NCBI GenBank assembly: GCA_034530875.2
Contig: JAVRCJ020000033.1
Coordinates: 1-64,000, forward strand
Source: Nostoc sp. DedSLP01
GTDB taxonomy: Bacteria > Cyanobacteriota > Cyanobacteriia > Cyanobacteriales > Nostocaceae
Reading direction: 5' to 3'
Length of the DNA stretch: 64,000 nt
This document shows positions 53,432 to 64,000 of this stretch, piece by piece; the first letter of the stretch is position 1; each line of letters begins with the position of its first letter. The notes beneath the pieces are model-generated. The model worked only from the letters and a program-made list of their open reading frames with translations, was not told the origin of the DNA and searched no databases. The position numbers and the translations under genes are program-made.

Positions 53432-54073
53432 ATGCAACTCATCACCTCCTTAGATATTAGAAATTCCGAATATTTATCAAAGAATCGGCTGATTAGCTAT
53501 CACCATCAGTTACGTTTAATTTTTTCATTGGGTAATCAGGTCAAGAATATTTTAGAAATTGGAATTTTTAATTCACTGTTAACAGACCTGCTTCAGAAAA
53601 ACGGATACAACGTCACCACCGCTGATGTTGACCCCAACCTCAAGCCAGATATGATTTTGGATCTGACTACAGATTTTTCCTTGCCAAAAGATAAATTTGA
53701 TGCGATTGTTTTGTTTCAAGTATTGGAACACTTTCCCTACGAACAGTCAGAACAAGCTTTGAAAAAACTTGCACAAGCAACAAACAAATTTTTGGTAATT
53801 TCCATTCCCTACTCCACTCAATATTTGTCATTGCAAATCAAAACTTCTTTCTCAGGTAGACCAAGGCATTTATTGCTCAATGTGCCAAAATTCTGGAGTA
53901 CAACGCCAGTATGTGACGAGCATTACTGGGAAATGGGTTTGAAAGGATATCCCAAAAAGCGGATTTTAAATTCCGTTGCCAAAGCTGGCTTAACTGTCAA
54001 ACAAGAATTTATCGATCCCACCTATCCCTATCATTATTTCTTGGTGCTAGAAAAAAATCTTCACAGTATTTAG
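53432..54073 (+). CDS. Class I SAM-dependent methyltransferase
   Basis: ILEIG, TADVD and FDAIVLFQVLEH motifs. Confidence 0.8.
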   Translation: MQLITSLDIRNSEYLSKNRLISYHHQLRLIFSLGNQVKNILEIGIFNSLLTDLLQKNGYNVTTADVDPNLKPDMILDLTTDFSLPKDKFDAIVLFQVLEHFPYEQSEQALKKLAQATNKFLVISIPYSTQYLSLQIKTSFSGRPRHLLLNVPKFWSTTPVCDEHYWEMGLKGYPKKRILNSVAKAGLTVKQEFIDPTYPYHYFLVLEKNLHSI

Positions 54074-54321
54074 CCAGTGGGGAGTCAAATCAATTCAAAA
54101 TTCAACCTCCTGCCTCCTGCCTCCTCCAAAATTGGGAGTAGGGAAATCCGAATCATAAAATGGGGGCAAACAATGCTCCACAAAGCAGCGATCGCTTAAG
54201 TTATGCTTTTAAAATCCTAATTGGTATCATGCTCTCGTGTATTCTCCGGATTTATCCCTGAAGGCAGAGGGCAATATCATAATTTCAGAATTTCAAATAC
54301 TAACATCAAAGATTACTAATC

Positions 54322-56313
54322 ATGTTAGAACAAGGCACTATCAGTATTCATACTGAAAATATTTTCCCGATCATTAAGAAGTCCCTCTACTCAGATCACC
54401 AAATCTTCTTGCGGGAATTGGTATCCAACGCTGTAGACGCCATCCAAAAGCTGAAAATGGTATCCCGCGCCGGAGATTACACCGGAGACATAGGCGAACC
54501 AGAAATCGTAATTGCCATTGACAAAAACAACAAGACTCTCTCCATCTCCGATAACGGTATCGGAATGACCGCTGAAGAAGTCAAGAAATATATCAACCAA
54601 GTCGCCTTTTCTAGTGCTGAAGAATTTATTCATAAGTATCAAGGCAAATCAGACCAACCAATTATCGGTCACTTCGGTCTTGGCTTCTACTCTTCATTCA
54701 TGGTGGCGCAAAAGGTAGAAATTGATACCCTTTCCTACCAAGAAGGAGCGCAGGCGGTTCACTGGACTTGCGATGGTTCTCCTGCATTTACCCTAGACGA
54801 CTCATCCCGCACAACTCGCGGCACTACCATTACTCTGACTTTACAAGGAGAAGAGGAAGAATTTCTCGAATCTGCACGGATTAAGAATCTTGTCAAGACT
54901 TACTGCGACTTCATGCCAGTACCGATTAAGCTGGATGGGGAAGTATTAAATAAGCAAAAAGCACCGTGGCGAGAGTCCCCAAGCAACCTGACTAAGGAAG
55001 ACTATTTAGAGTTTTACCGCTACCTCTATCCTTTTCAAGAAGAACCACTGCTGTGGGTACATTTGAATACTGATTATCCCTTCATCATCAACGGGATTTT
55101 GTATTTTCCCAAGATGAGGCCGGATGTAGATGTTACCAAAGGGCAAATCAAGCTATTTTGCAATCAAGTTTTTGTTAGCGACAACTGCGAAGAAATTATC
55201 CCCCAATTTTTAATGCCGATGCGGGGTGTGATTGATAGCACCGATATACCCTTGAACGTATCGCGCAGTGCATTGCAAGGCGATCGCACCGTAAAGCGAA
55301 TCGGCGATTACATTGCGAAAAAAGTTGGCGATCGCCTCAAAGAACTTTTCCGCGACAACCGCGAACAATACGCTAGTGTGTGGAAAGACCTCGGCACTTT
55401 CGTCAAATTTGGTGTCCTTAACGACGAGAAATTCAAAAAACAAATTGAAGACATCATCATCTTCCGCACTACTGCCAAGCTAACAGAAAAACCTGCTGCC
55501 CAAACTCCAGCAGTTGAAGTCCAATCTGCTGAAGGGGATGCTTGGCAAGATGTCACTCCGACTTCATCCAGCGATGAAAACTCAGCACCCACTAGTCCTT
55601 ACACCACGCTGAAAGAATACTTAGAACGCAACAAAGAACGCCACGAAAACCGGGTTTTCTATAGCACCGATGAAGCAAGCCAAGCTACATACATAGAATT
55701 ACACAAAAATCAAGGCTTGGAAGTCCTGTTTATGGACTCCTTCATCGATACCCACTTCATCAACTTCCTGGAGCGTGAATATAACGATATCAAGTTTACG
55801 CGGGTAGACTCCGACTTAGATAATACCCTGCTGGAACAAGACAAAAGCCAGGAAATTGTCGATCCCAAAACCAACAAAACCCGCAGCGAGACTATCAAAG
55901 AGTTATTCGAGAAATCTCTCAATAAACCCAAAGTCAACATTCGCACCGAAGCCTTAAAAGCAGACGATCCCCAAGGAACGCCACCTGCGATGGTGTTATT
56001 ACCAGAAATTCTCCGCCGCTTGCGGGAAATGAACGCCATGATGCAGCAGCAGACAGCAGAATTTCCCGAAGACCACATTTTGCTAGTGAATACTGCTCAT
56101 CCACTAATTCAAAACCTGGCGCATCTGAGTCAAGGTAGTATCATTCAAGGTGACGGCCAATCACCTACAGATCAATTAGTGAAAATGATTTGCCAGCACG
56201 TCTACGATTTAGCGCTGATGTCTCAAAAAGGCTTTGACGCTGATGGTATGAAATCTTTCGTCGAGCGATCGAACGAAGTACTCACCAAACTAACAGAACA
56301 AGCTAGTAAATAA
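54322..56313 (+). CDS. htpG: Hsp90 chaperone HtpG
   Basis: FLRELVSNA, DNGIGM, IGHFGLGFYS and PLNVSRS motifs. Confidence 0.98.
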   Translation: MLEQGTISIHTENIFPIIKKSLYSDHQIFLRELVSNAVDAIQKLKMVSRAGDYTGDIGEPEIVIAIDKNNKTLSISDNGIGMTAEEVKKYINQVAFSSAEEFIHKYQGKSDQPIIGHFGLGFYSSFMVAQKVEIDTLSYQEGAQAVHWTCDGSPAFTLDDSSRTTRGTTITLTLQGEEEEFLESARIKNLVKTYCDFMPVPIKLDGEVLNKQKAPWRESPSNLTKEDYLEFYRYLYPFQEEPLLWVHLNTDYPFIINGILYFPKMRPDVDVTKGQIKLFCNQVFVSDNCEEIIPQFLMPMRGVIDSTDIPLNVSRSALQGDRTVKRIGDYIAKKVGDRLKELFRDNREQYASVWKDLGTFVKFGVLNDEKFKKQIEDIIIFRTTAKLTEKPAAQTPAVEVQSAEGDAWQDVTPTSSSDENSAPTSPYTTLKEYLERNKERHENRVFYSTDEASQATYIELHKNQGLEVLFMDSFIDTHFINFLEREYNDIKFTRVDSDLDNTLLEQDKSQEIVDPKTNKTRSETIKELFEKSLNKPKVNIRTEALKADDPQGTPPAMVLLPEILRRLREMNAMMQQQTAEFPEDHILLVNTAHPLIQNLAHLSQGSIIQGDGQSPTDQLVKMICQHVYDLALMSQKGFDADGMKSFVERSNEVLTKLTEQASK

Positions 56314-56450
56314 GTTGGGTATGGGGCATTGGGCATGGGGCATTGGTTATTCTCCCCATCTCCCCATCTCCCCACTCCCCTCTCCACTTCTGTTGCCTAA
56401 GCCCTAAAATGGAAAGGCTGTATTAAAATAACAATCTGGAGATAGTTGCT

Positions 56451-56687
56451 ATGTCTCGTCGCTGTGAACTAACTGGTAAGAAGGCAAACAATGCTTTTTC
56501 TGTTTCCCACTCCCACCGCCGTACAAAACGCCTTCAGCACGCCAATCTACAAGTCAAGCGTGTTTGGTGGCCAAGCGGTAATCGCTGGGTGAAATTAAAG
56601 CTGTCTACTAAAGCAATCAAATCCCTAGAAACCAAAGGGATAGAAGCAATGGCAAAAGAAGCTGGTATTAACTTGAATCATTACTAA
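56451..56687 (+). CDS. rpmB: 50S ribosomal protein L28
   Basis: [10 protein letters not shown]...SHSHRRTKR. Confidence 0.97.
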   Translation: MSRRCELTGKKANNAFSVSHSHRRTKRLQHANLQVKRVWWPSGNRWVKLKLSTKAIKSLETKGIEAMAKEAGINLNHY

Positions 56688-56742
56688 TTAACGTCAATTT
56701 ATAACCTGAAACTTTCATAGAAAAGAATACAGGTGATTCGTG

Positions 56743-56773
56743 GGGTAGCATAGCAGTTGCTACCCTATTTTTT
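56743..56773 (+). terminator. Intrinsic terminator after rpmB
   Basis: GGGTAGCA / TGCTACCC stem followed by TATTTTTT. Confidence 0.7.
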
Positions 56774-56786
56774 ATATTTTGAATGT

Positions 56787-56864
56787 AATACGCTTGGTTG
56801 AAATTTTTGAAGCCCGGATAAATCGCGTCTCTACATGAGAGTTTTGATTTATCTGAACTGTATT
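56787..56864. mobile_element. Degenerate AATAC...GTATT MITE, second copy
   Basis: GATAAATCGCGTCTCTAC...TTATCTGAACTGTATT matches the right half of 4161-4260. Confidence 0.6.
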
Positions 56865-56866
56865 GA

Positions 56867-57514
56867 TTAGTGTTGTATCTGCTTTTGTACCCAAAGACGA
56901 AAAGCTTTAAGTGTTGCATTTCTGCCTGCGGTCATACTTTGGTTAAGATATTCGGGAATTGCTTCAATGAGTGGGAATAAAGGAAAGTTTAAACTTTGCC
57001 CAGACTCTACATAATGCCCATCTTGCAGAATAAGAATTTGGAGCTTTCCTCGTTCAAAACACCAAAGTTCAGACACTTTTAATGCTTGATAAATATTAGG
57101 ATGAGTGCGAGAAGTAATATCAATTTCTAGAGCTAAATCTGGAGGCGGGTCTACTGTTAAATCTAGGCGTTTCTTTCCGCGAACCTTTCGTTCATTTTTT
57201 ATATAAAAACACTGGTCGGGTTCTATACCTTGAGCCATTGCTTGGTTTTTAAAGGTTGTAGAACCAAGGCATCTAAACTCAATATCTAATTCTTCCAGAA
57301 GTGCTTTGACTAAATCGCTAATAATTTCTTTATCGTCTTCATGTTCTGGCAATGGTGCCATAATCTCTAGTATTCCCCTGTCGTAAGCAATTCGTGCTGC
57401 GCGGTGTTCCCCTAATTCCTCTAGAATTGTTTCCAATTCCTGCCAGGTTACATCTTGCAGTAGCACTCTTTGTCCCGGTGGAACATGGATGCGCTTTAGT
57501 TCCAACAACATCAT
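56867..57514 (-). CDS. Uma2 family putative endonuclease
   Basis: VTWQELE, RIAYDRGILEIM, EPDQCFYI and PPPDLALEID motifs. Confidence 0.9.
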   Translation of the reverse strand: MMLLELKRIHVPPGQRVLLQDVTWQELETILEELGEHRAARIAYDRGILEIMAPLPEHEDDKEIISDLVKALLEELDIEFRCLGSTTFKNQAMAQGIEPDQCFYIKNERKVRGKKRLDLTVDPPPDLALEIDITSRTHPNIYQALKVSELWCFERGKLQILILQDGHYVESGQSLNFPLFPLIEAIPEYLNQSMTAGRNATLKAFRLWVQKQIQH

Positions 57515-57711
57515 CTCCACTCCCAGTAGCTCAAACTTAAATTTAGCTTACTCCACTTGACTAAACGCTTGTGGCGATTTTTGCTGCTTCATCGCTATAA
57601 ATTGTCCGATGCTTGAATATACAGTAGTTTGTTGTTGGTGAGCCTACTTCAAAAATCTTTGTAGAAATCTATCAATCATCCCGCTTATACCTATATAAGC
57701 GTTATTTCCAG

Positions 57712-57893
57712 AAAAAACCCCTGGGATTCCAGAGGCTTTGGTTCCTGATTTAGTTTCTAGTTGTTACTACAAATTGTCCTGAGACATTTCCTGATAGGGA
57801 ACAAAATTATTTCATTTACAAGTTGGTCTGCTGACTATTGGCTGTAAACCTGATTATTACGTTGTGACAACGCCTAACACCAGATTTACACTC
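57712..57893 (-). ncRNA. Candidate small RNA (~180 nt)
   Basis: -35/-10-like TTGATT-N18-TAAATT, long 5' hairpin, three TCAGGA motifs, terminator hairpin plus T6; no ORF in the track. Confidence 0.55.
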
Positions 57894-58109
57894 CTAAGAA
57901 TTTAAAAAATATAAAAAATCCCAATCAAAAATAAATTTTTTATTAAAAATAGTTATTTTTTTACAGGTCTAAAAACTTGCCTTTTAAATTTTAGTCATTG
58001 AAACTCAAAACCCTAAAATCTCACGCCGAGACCCAAAAACCCAGAGAAAACTCCCTGCCTCTCTTGCCTCGTGCGTGAGATTTCCAAATTCTTCACTCAA
58101 TGGCAAACC

Positions 58110-59090
58110 CTACTTTAACCATCGCGCTGCATCTTTAGCGTGATAAGTCAAAATCAAATCCGCCCCGGCGCGTTTAAAGCCAGTTAAAGTTTCCAAAACC
58201 ACTCGCTCCTCATCAACCCAACCATTCAGAGCCGCAGCTTTAATCATCGAATACTCACCAGAGACATTGTAAGCAGCAACCGGTAAATTACTCGCTTCCT
58301 TCACCCGCCAGATAATATCCATATATGCCAACGCTGGCTTAACCATCAACATATCAGCGCCTTCAGCAATATCCAATTCAATTTCTTTAATTGCTTCGCG
58401 ACTATTACCCGGATCCATTTGGTAAGTTCTTCTGTCTCCAAATTGCGGCGTCGAGTCTGCTGCATCCCGAAATGGGCCGTAATAAGCCGAAGCATACTTA
58501 GCAGCATAAGACATAATCGGCGTGTCTTGGAATCCAGCTTCATCCAAACCTTGACGAATGGCTTGCACAAAACCATCCATCATCCCGGAAGGCGCGATGA
58601 TATCAGCACCAGCATTTGCTTGAGAAACTGCTGTTTTTTTCAACAATTCCAAAGTTGGGTCATTTAAAACTCGTCCTGTCAAATCGCCAACTTGCAAATA
58701 ACCGCAGTGTCCGTGACTCGTATACTCACACAAACAAGTATCAGCAACTACAATCAAATCTGGCACTGCTGTTTTTACCGCAGTCGCAGCTTTTTGGACA
58801 ATACCGCAATCATGCCAAGCGCCAGTAGCATCCACATCCTTATCAGCAGGAATACCAAACAGAATGATGGCAGGAATTCCTAAGTCATAAACCTCTTTCG
58901 CCTCTTCAACAATTTTATCTACCGAAAGCTGGTAGACTCCGGGCATCGATTTTACCTCGTTAGCAATTCCTTCACCTGGTACGGCAAATAGTGGGTAAAT
59001 GAAATCGCTTGTTGTCAAAACAGTTTCACGTACCATCCGGCGCAGTTGGGGATGGGTACGCAGACGGCGGGGGCGATGTGTAGGAAACAT
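58110..59090 (-). CDS. hemB: Porphobilinogen synthase
   Basis: [30 protein letters not shown] and YNVSGEY motifs. Confidence 0.98.
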   Translation of the reverse strand: MFPTHRPRRLRTHPQLRRMVRETVLTTSDFIYPLFAVPGEGIANEVKSMPGVYQLSVDKIVEEAKEVYDLGIPAIILFGIPADKDVDATGAWHDCGIVQKAATAVKTAVPDLIVVADTCLCEYTSHGHCGYLQVGDLTGRVLNDPTLELLKKTAVSQANAGADIIAPSGMMDGFVQAIRQGLDEAGFQDTPIMSYAAKYASAYYGPFRDAADSTPQFGDRRTYQMDPGNSREAIKEIELDIAEGADMLMVKPALAYMDIIWRVKEASNLPVAAYNVSGEYSMIKAAALNGWVDEERVVLETLTGFKRAGADLILTYHAKDAARWLK

Positions 59091-59495
59091 AAAATTTTAT
59101 GAAGAAAAACAACCCAATGGACACAAAACAAAGCGTCACAAAAGCAGGGGAAAAGTTTCCTGCCATCAGACAGACTACAAAAAGTGCTTAACTGACATTT
59201 GCCCTACTCTTAATCAAGCTGTGGGGCAATTTTGTATTTTACAGCTTGGTTGACATCTATCTGAAAACTTAAAAAACAATATTACAAATGGGCATTGGGC
59301 ATTGGGCATTGTATCTCTAAATCACAGAAGCAATATTTTCCAGTTAGCTAATAGAGTATGGGTAATAAATAATTCCAAATTGACAATTTAAAATTATCAA
59401 ACCTTCTGTTTGCAAAAACATACCAACAAACTAAAGGCAGAACAATTAATAAAAAATAATTTGCAATTACCAATGCCCCATGCCCCATACCTAAT

Positions 59496-59542
59496 GACGC
59501 CACTTGCTACAAGTCGGCAAAGCCGCCCAACGCAGTGGCTCC
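59496..59542. repeat. Short structured repeat-like insert within an STRR tract
   Basis: GCCACTTGC...GCAGTGGC stem interrupting CCCCAAT/GCCCCAT repeats. Confidence 0.4.
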
Positions 59543-59561
59543 CCAATGCCCATAATTTATG

Positions 59562-59921
59562 CTAAAAAACTCTTAAAATAAACGGATAACGAAAGGGTGC
59601 ATCGGGATTGCTAAAAACTCGGCTGATTGCCCAAATTGTTAGTCCCCAGTGCAACAAATACCCAATAGCTGCTAGCGGCCCGAGTAATAATAGTGGTAAG
59701 ACCAACCAACCGAATAAAAAAAACAGCGCTCCGAGAATCGCTCCGTAGAACCAAACATTAAAGTGGAAATTGATGGATTCTTTGGCGTTTTCTTTAACAA
59801 CCGGATCGTCAGATACGAGCAATATGGCAATAGGTATACCTACAGATACAATTGTCGTGCTGAAAAAAATGGCTCCATGAGACAAGGCGGATAAAAGCTT
59901 TCGCTTGTCTGTGTCGTACAT
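59562..59921 (-). CDS. DUF4870 family membrane protein
   Basis: LSALSH, VKENAKESINF and FRYPFI motifs. Confidence 0.85.
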   Translation of the reverse strand: MYDTDKRKLLSALSHGAIFFSTTIVSVGIPIAILLVSDDPVVKENAKESINFHFNVWFYGAILGALFFLFGWLVLPLLLLGPLAAIGYLLHWGLTIWAISRVFSNPDAPFRYPFILRVF

Positions 59922-60046
59922 TCCTTTCTCCTAAAATTTAGTCAGAATTATTGATTATATTACGACCCGATCGCGAGCAACGTTGTCTTAAGATTAAAAG
60001 ACTTACCAACGAAAAAAATTAAGTTAAGTTACAAACAAATAGAGTT

Positions 60047-61675
60047 ATGTCAATTGAACTTGAGTCTGAACTCAATCGCGCAGTTGAACTTCGTCGCAAC
60101 TTTGCAATTATATCTCACCCTGATGCGGGTAAAACTACACTGACAGAAAAGCTACTGCTGTACGGAGGGGCAATTCACGAAGCTGGAGCAGTTAAGGCAC
60201 GACGGGCGCAGCGTAAGGCTACTTCAGACTGGATGGCAATGGAACAACAACGGGGTATTTCCATTACTTCTACGGTACTGCAATTTGCATACCAGAACTG
60301 TCAAATAAATTTATTAGACACACCCGGACACCAAGATTTCAGTGAAGATACTTATCGCACCCTTGCCGCTGCCGATAATGCAGTGATGCTAATTGATGCA
60401 GCAAAAGGTTTAGAACCCCAAACCCGCAAGTTGTTTGAAGTGTGTAAGCTGCGCGGTATTCCAATTTTTACATTTGTCAACAAGCTCGATCGCCCAGGAA
60501 GAGAACCTCTAGAACTTTTGGACGAAATCGAGCAAGAATTGAAGCTGCAAACTTATGCGGTCAACTGGCCTATCGGTATGGGCGATCGCTTTAAAGGTGT
60601 CTTTGACCGACACAAGCAACAAATTCACCTGTTTGAGCGCAGCGCCCACGGCAGCCGAGAAGCCCGCGATACCATAGTCGAATTAGGCGATCCGAGAATA
60701 GAACAGCTGCTAGAACAAGACTTATACTATCAACTGAAAAACGATCTAGAACTCTTAGAAGGAGTTGGGCCGGAACTAGATTTGCAGTTGGTACACGAAG
60801 GCAAAATGACGCCAGTCTTCTTTGGTAGCGCCATGACCAACTTTGGGGTAGAGTTATTCCTCAAGTACTTCCTAGAATATGCCCTCAAACCTGGTTCGCA
60901 TGTCAGCAGTGTTGGCGAAGTTCCCCCCACATATCCAGAGTTTTCTGGTTTTGTGTTCAAACTGCAAGCAAACATGGATCCGAAACACCGCGATCGCGTT
61001 GCATTTGTCCGGGTCTGCACTGGTAAGTTTGAAAAAGATATGATGGTGAATCACGCTCGCACTGGTAAACTCGTCCGTCTCTCCCGTCCGCAAAAACTCT
61101 TTGCTCAGGAGAGAGAATCGATTGATGAAGCTTATCCTGGCGATGTGATCGGTTTGAACAATCCCGGTGTTTTTGCGATCGGGGATACAATTTACACGGG
61201 GCAAAAGCTGGAATATGAAGGCATTCCGTATTTTTCGCCGGAACTGTTTGCAACTCTCAGGAACCCCAACCCCTCGAAGTTTAAGCAATTCCAAAAAGGC
61301 GTTGCGGAATTGCGCGAAGAAGGTGCCGTGCAAATTATGTATTCAACTGATGAAGCCAAACGCGATCCAATTTTAGCGGCGGTAGGTCAGTTGCAATTTG
61401 AAGTGGTGCAGTTTCGCTTACAAAATGAGTATGGCGTAGAAACCATACTAGATTTATTACCCTACAGTGTCGCCCGTTGGGTTGAAGGTGGTTGGGAAGC
61501 ATTAAATAAAGTGGGACGTTTATTCAATACCACTACAGTCAAAGATAGTATGGGACGCCCAGTGTTACTATTCCGGAATGAATGGAATTGCAACCAATTA
61601 GAGGGCGACCATCCAGAGTTGAAATTAAGCGCGATCGCCCCAGTATTTTCTAGTCAACAACCAGTGGAGGAATGA
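60047..61675 (+). CDS. prfC: Peptide chain release factor 3
   Basis: [36 protein letters not shown] and VGQLQFEV motifs. Confidence 0.98.
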   Translation: MSIELESELNRAVELRRNFAIISHPDAGKTTLTEKLLLYGGAIHEAGAVKARRAQRKATSDWMAMEQQRGISITSTVLQFAYQNCQINLLDTPGHQDFSEDTYRTLAAADNAVMLIDAAKGLEPQTRKLFEVCKLRGIPIFTFVNKLDRPGREPLELLDEIEQELKLQTYAVNWPIGMGDRFKGVFDRHKQQIHLFERSAHGSREARDTIVELGDPRIEQLLEQDLYYQLKNDLELLEGVGPELDLQLVHEGKMTPVFFGSAMTNFGVELFLKYFLEYALKPGSHVSSVGEVPPTYPEFSGFVFKLQANMDPKHRDRVAFVRVCTGKFEKDMMVNHARTGKLVRLSRPQKLFAQERESIDEAYPGDVIGLNNPGVFAIGDTIYTGQKLEYEGIPYFSPELFATLRNPNPSKFKQFQKGVAELREEGAVQIMYSTDEAKRDPILAAVGQLQFEVVQFRLQNEYGVETILDLLPYSVARWVEGGWEALNKVGRLFNTTTVKDSMGRPVLLFRNEWNCNQLEGDHPELKLSAIAPVFSSQQPVEE

Positions 61676-61803
61676 AGAATTCTGACTCCTGAATTCCTTC
61701 ACAGTTAGACTTAGCTGGGCACAGTTGATTTCCACGGCATCTGAGGTTCGCGCTTTTACCCAGACGTGGATACCTTAGAAGAGATTGGAGTGCCAGAATC
61801 TGT

Positions 61804-64000
61804 ATGCCTTCACATGCCAAATCGTCTTTGGAGGCTGGTTTAGTTGCCCTCAAGCAGGGAAATTACCAAACAGCGATCGCTCACTTAGAACCTATTGCTA
61901 GCAGTGAAAGTAATGCCACTGCTAACTTACAAGCAAGAGTTGGTTTAGTGATGGCTTATGCCCGTACTGGCGAAGTCTCCAAAGCGATCGCCTTTTGCCA
62001 AAATCTGATTGAGAGTAATAATCCGCAAGTTCAAGAGTGGGCAACCCGCGCTCTCGAACATTTGACAAAACGTAAAAAACCCGAACCCGAACCAAAAAAT
62101 GTCGAAACTGGATTTGTTGCTTTTGAAAAGTCACCCCCAGACACTCCTAAATCAGAGGAGAAGCCAAAAGACGAAGTAACACAAACCAAAAGCCAGAATA
62201 TCCCTACGATGGTGCCACTAGCTAAACTCAAAGCTACTGTCACACCACCACCTCCGCCACCGCCCCCGCCTCCTCTCACGGGCTTCATGGGTTCCGTTAC
62301 CCGCACGCAAGCCAAACTATTCGGCGTTATTTATTGGCGACAAGCACAACGCGCTAAGGCATGGCAACCCCTACGCAAACCGAAATTAATCCCCTTGCGG
62401 CTATTGGCAGCAGGTACATTCTTCGCCCTGTTTTGGCTGATAAGAGAAATTGTTAAGTTCGTAATGGGATCTATTAACCTAGCTTTAGTTAAGCTTCCCT
62501 ATCTGGAGCCATTGCAGTTTTTATACAATGAGCCTACACGATTTTTGCTAATAGCCTTGGTAATATTGATTGGCCTATCGCCTTGGTTGCTAGATTTGCT
62601 CTTAGCAAAATTGTACGGTCAGCGAGAACTGACTAAAGATATATTGAATGCCCGTAGTCGGGAAGCCGTTCGGGTGCTACAACGTTGTTGCCAACAAAAG
62701 CACTGGCCTTTACCTAAGCTGCGAATTTTGCCAATGGCAGCCCCAATTATTCTGACCTACGGTAGCTTACCACGGAATGCCAGAATTGTAGTCAGTCAAG
62801 GGCTGCTAGAACAACTAGCAGATGATGAAATTGCTGTTATTTACGCCAGCCAGTTAGGGCATATTGCTCACTGGGATTTTGTTGTTATGTCTTTAGTATT
62901 GCTGGTGACGCTACCAATTTATCAGGTATATCAGCAAGTATCAAAGCTGGGTGACAGGATACCAGGAAAAATTTGGCGCACTCCTGTGACAATTGTGGCT
63001 AGTTTGATTTATGGACTTTGGTGTTTGCTGACTGGGACAGCATTGTGGTTGTCACGATCGCGGCTTTATTATAGCGATCGCGTTGCAGCTGAAATTACTG
63101 GTAATCCCAATGCGCTAATTCGTGGTTTACTCAAAATTGCCATCGGCATTGCAACTGATGTCCAAAAACAAGAACACACCAGTTCGCAGTTAGAAAGCTT
63201 AAATATTGCAGCACCAGTCAGCTACCAACAGAGTCTTTCTTTAGGCACTATTGCTGGGAATCTCTCTTTTGAATCCTTTTTAAAATGGGATATTGTCAAT
63301 CCTTATCGCCGATGGTTTACGATTAATAATAGCCATCCTTTAGTGGGCGATCGCATCCAACGCCTCTGTCAAATAGCCGAACGCTGGCATCTAGACACCG
63401 AATTACATTTTCCTAGAGAGCAACCATTAAAAGTTAGTCGTCAGTCTTTCTTATTACAAATCGCTCCTTGGTTGGGAGTTCCTCTAGGAGTTCTGTTTGC
63501 AGGTTTAGTATGGCTAACATGGCAATTAGCATTTGCACTTAAATTTTTAAATCTCAAGTGGATCTATGAGGATCTGTCTTTCATTACAGGCTGCCTTCTG
63601 ATTGGTTTTAGCATCGGTACAGTGATTCGGATTAATTCTTTCTTCCCCGAGATTAAACCTGCCACTGTGCAAACTGATGACCACCTACCCACTTTGTTAG
63701 ACGATCCTTGTGCCTTACCAATTGACAGCATCAGCGTCCGTCTAGTAGGCAAATTATTAGGCCGTCAAGACACTAGTAACTCCTTAGCCCAAGATTTAAT
63801 CCTACAATCAAGTGCGGGCTTAGTGAAATTACACCATGTTTCTTGGTTGGGACAGTCAGTTAATCATCAGGATTTAATTGGTCGGCAAATCATTGTCACA
63901 GGTTGGTTTCGCCGAGGAGCAACACCTTGGATAGACGTTCAAACGCTGGAAACTCAAGCTGGTAAGACCATTCACAGCCCTCATCCGATTTGGTCTACTG
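61804..64000 (+). CDS. TPR-like + M48 (HtpX-like) metalloprotease homologue; runs off the window end
   Basis: Open frame from ATG 61804 (MPSHAKSSLEAG); GLLEQLADDEI, SQLGH, DRVAAEITGNP and SHP...RI motifs. Absent from the ORF track because no stop lies in the window. Confidence 0.8.
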   Translation, partial: MPSHAKSSLEAGLVALKQGNYQTAIAHLEPIASSESNATANLQARVGLVMAYARTGEVSKAIAFCQNLIESNNPQVQEWATRALEHLTKRKKPEPEPKNVETGFVAFEKSPPDTPKSEEKPKDEVTQTKSQNIPTMVPLAKLKATVTPPPPPPPPPPLTGFMGSVTRTQAKLFGVIYWRQAQRAKAWQPLRKPKLIPLRLLAAGTFFALFWLIREIVKFVMGSINLALVKLPYLEPLQFLYNEPTRFLLIALVILIGLSPWLLDLLLAKLYGQRELTKDILNARSREAVRVLQRCCQQKHWPLPKLRILPMAAPIILTYGSLPRNARIVVSQGLLEQLADDEIAVIYASQLGHIAHWDFVVMSLVLLVTLPIYQVYQQVSKLGDRIPGKIWRTPVTIVASLIYGLWCLLTGTALWLSRSRLYYSDRVAAEITGNPNALIRGLLKIAIGIATDVQKQEHTSSQLESLNIAAPVSYQQSLSLGTIAGNLSFESFLKWDIVNPYRRWFTINNSHPLVGDRIQRLCQIAERWHLDTELHFPREQPLKVSRQSFLLQIAPWLGVPLGVLFAGLVWLTWQLAFALKFLNLKWIYEDLSFITGCLLIGFSIGTVIRINSFFPEIKPATVQTDDHLPTLLDDPCALPIDSISVRLVGKLLGRQDTSNSLAQDLILQSSAGLVKLHHVSWLGQSVNHQDLIGRQIIVTGWFRRGATPWIDVQTLETQAGKTIHSPHPIWST

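Overview
This is a chromosomal segment of a filamentous, Nostoc-like cyanobacterium, judged from abundant HIP1 GCGATCGC sites, heptamer/nonamer tandem repeats (STRR) and gene content. Most of it is housekeeping: moeA, rpmG-rpsR-RNase II, ychF, yidD, pyrH-frr, pfkA, era, eno, argC, ribBA, htpG, rpmB, hemB and prfC. Two very large secreted phosphoesterase/phytase/nuclease genes lie downstream of a probable Pho box. There are two accessory islets. (1) Between frr and a geranylgeranyl reductase gene sit a REP-associated tyrosine transposase flanked by two inverted REP doublets, a PIN toxin-antitoxin pair, and a caspase gene broken at a REP arm. (2) Between ribBA and an amidase gene sits an AT-rich RloA/RloB (AbiL-like) ATPase-nuclease pair, bracketed tightly by two TA-terminated miniature inverted-repeat elements (MITEs), which may form a composite mobile defence cassette. 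Intergenic DNA holds several nested MITE/REP/small-repeat families, including one MITE with a clear 9-bp target duplication. Other notable signals are a candidate ~180-nt sRNA downstream of hemB with repeated UCAGGA motifs, an ArgC whose conserved HRH motif reads HRD, and a small protein built from proline tetrapeptide repeats. No rRNA, tRNA or CRISPR array was seen. All family calls come from motif recognition by eye; no database searches were run.
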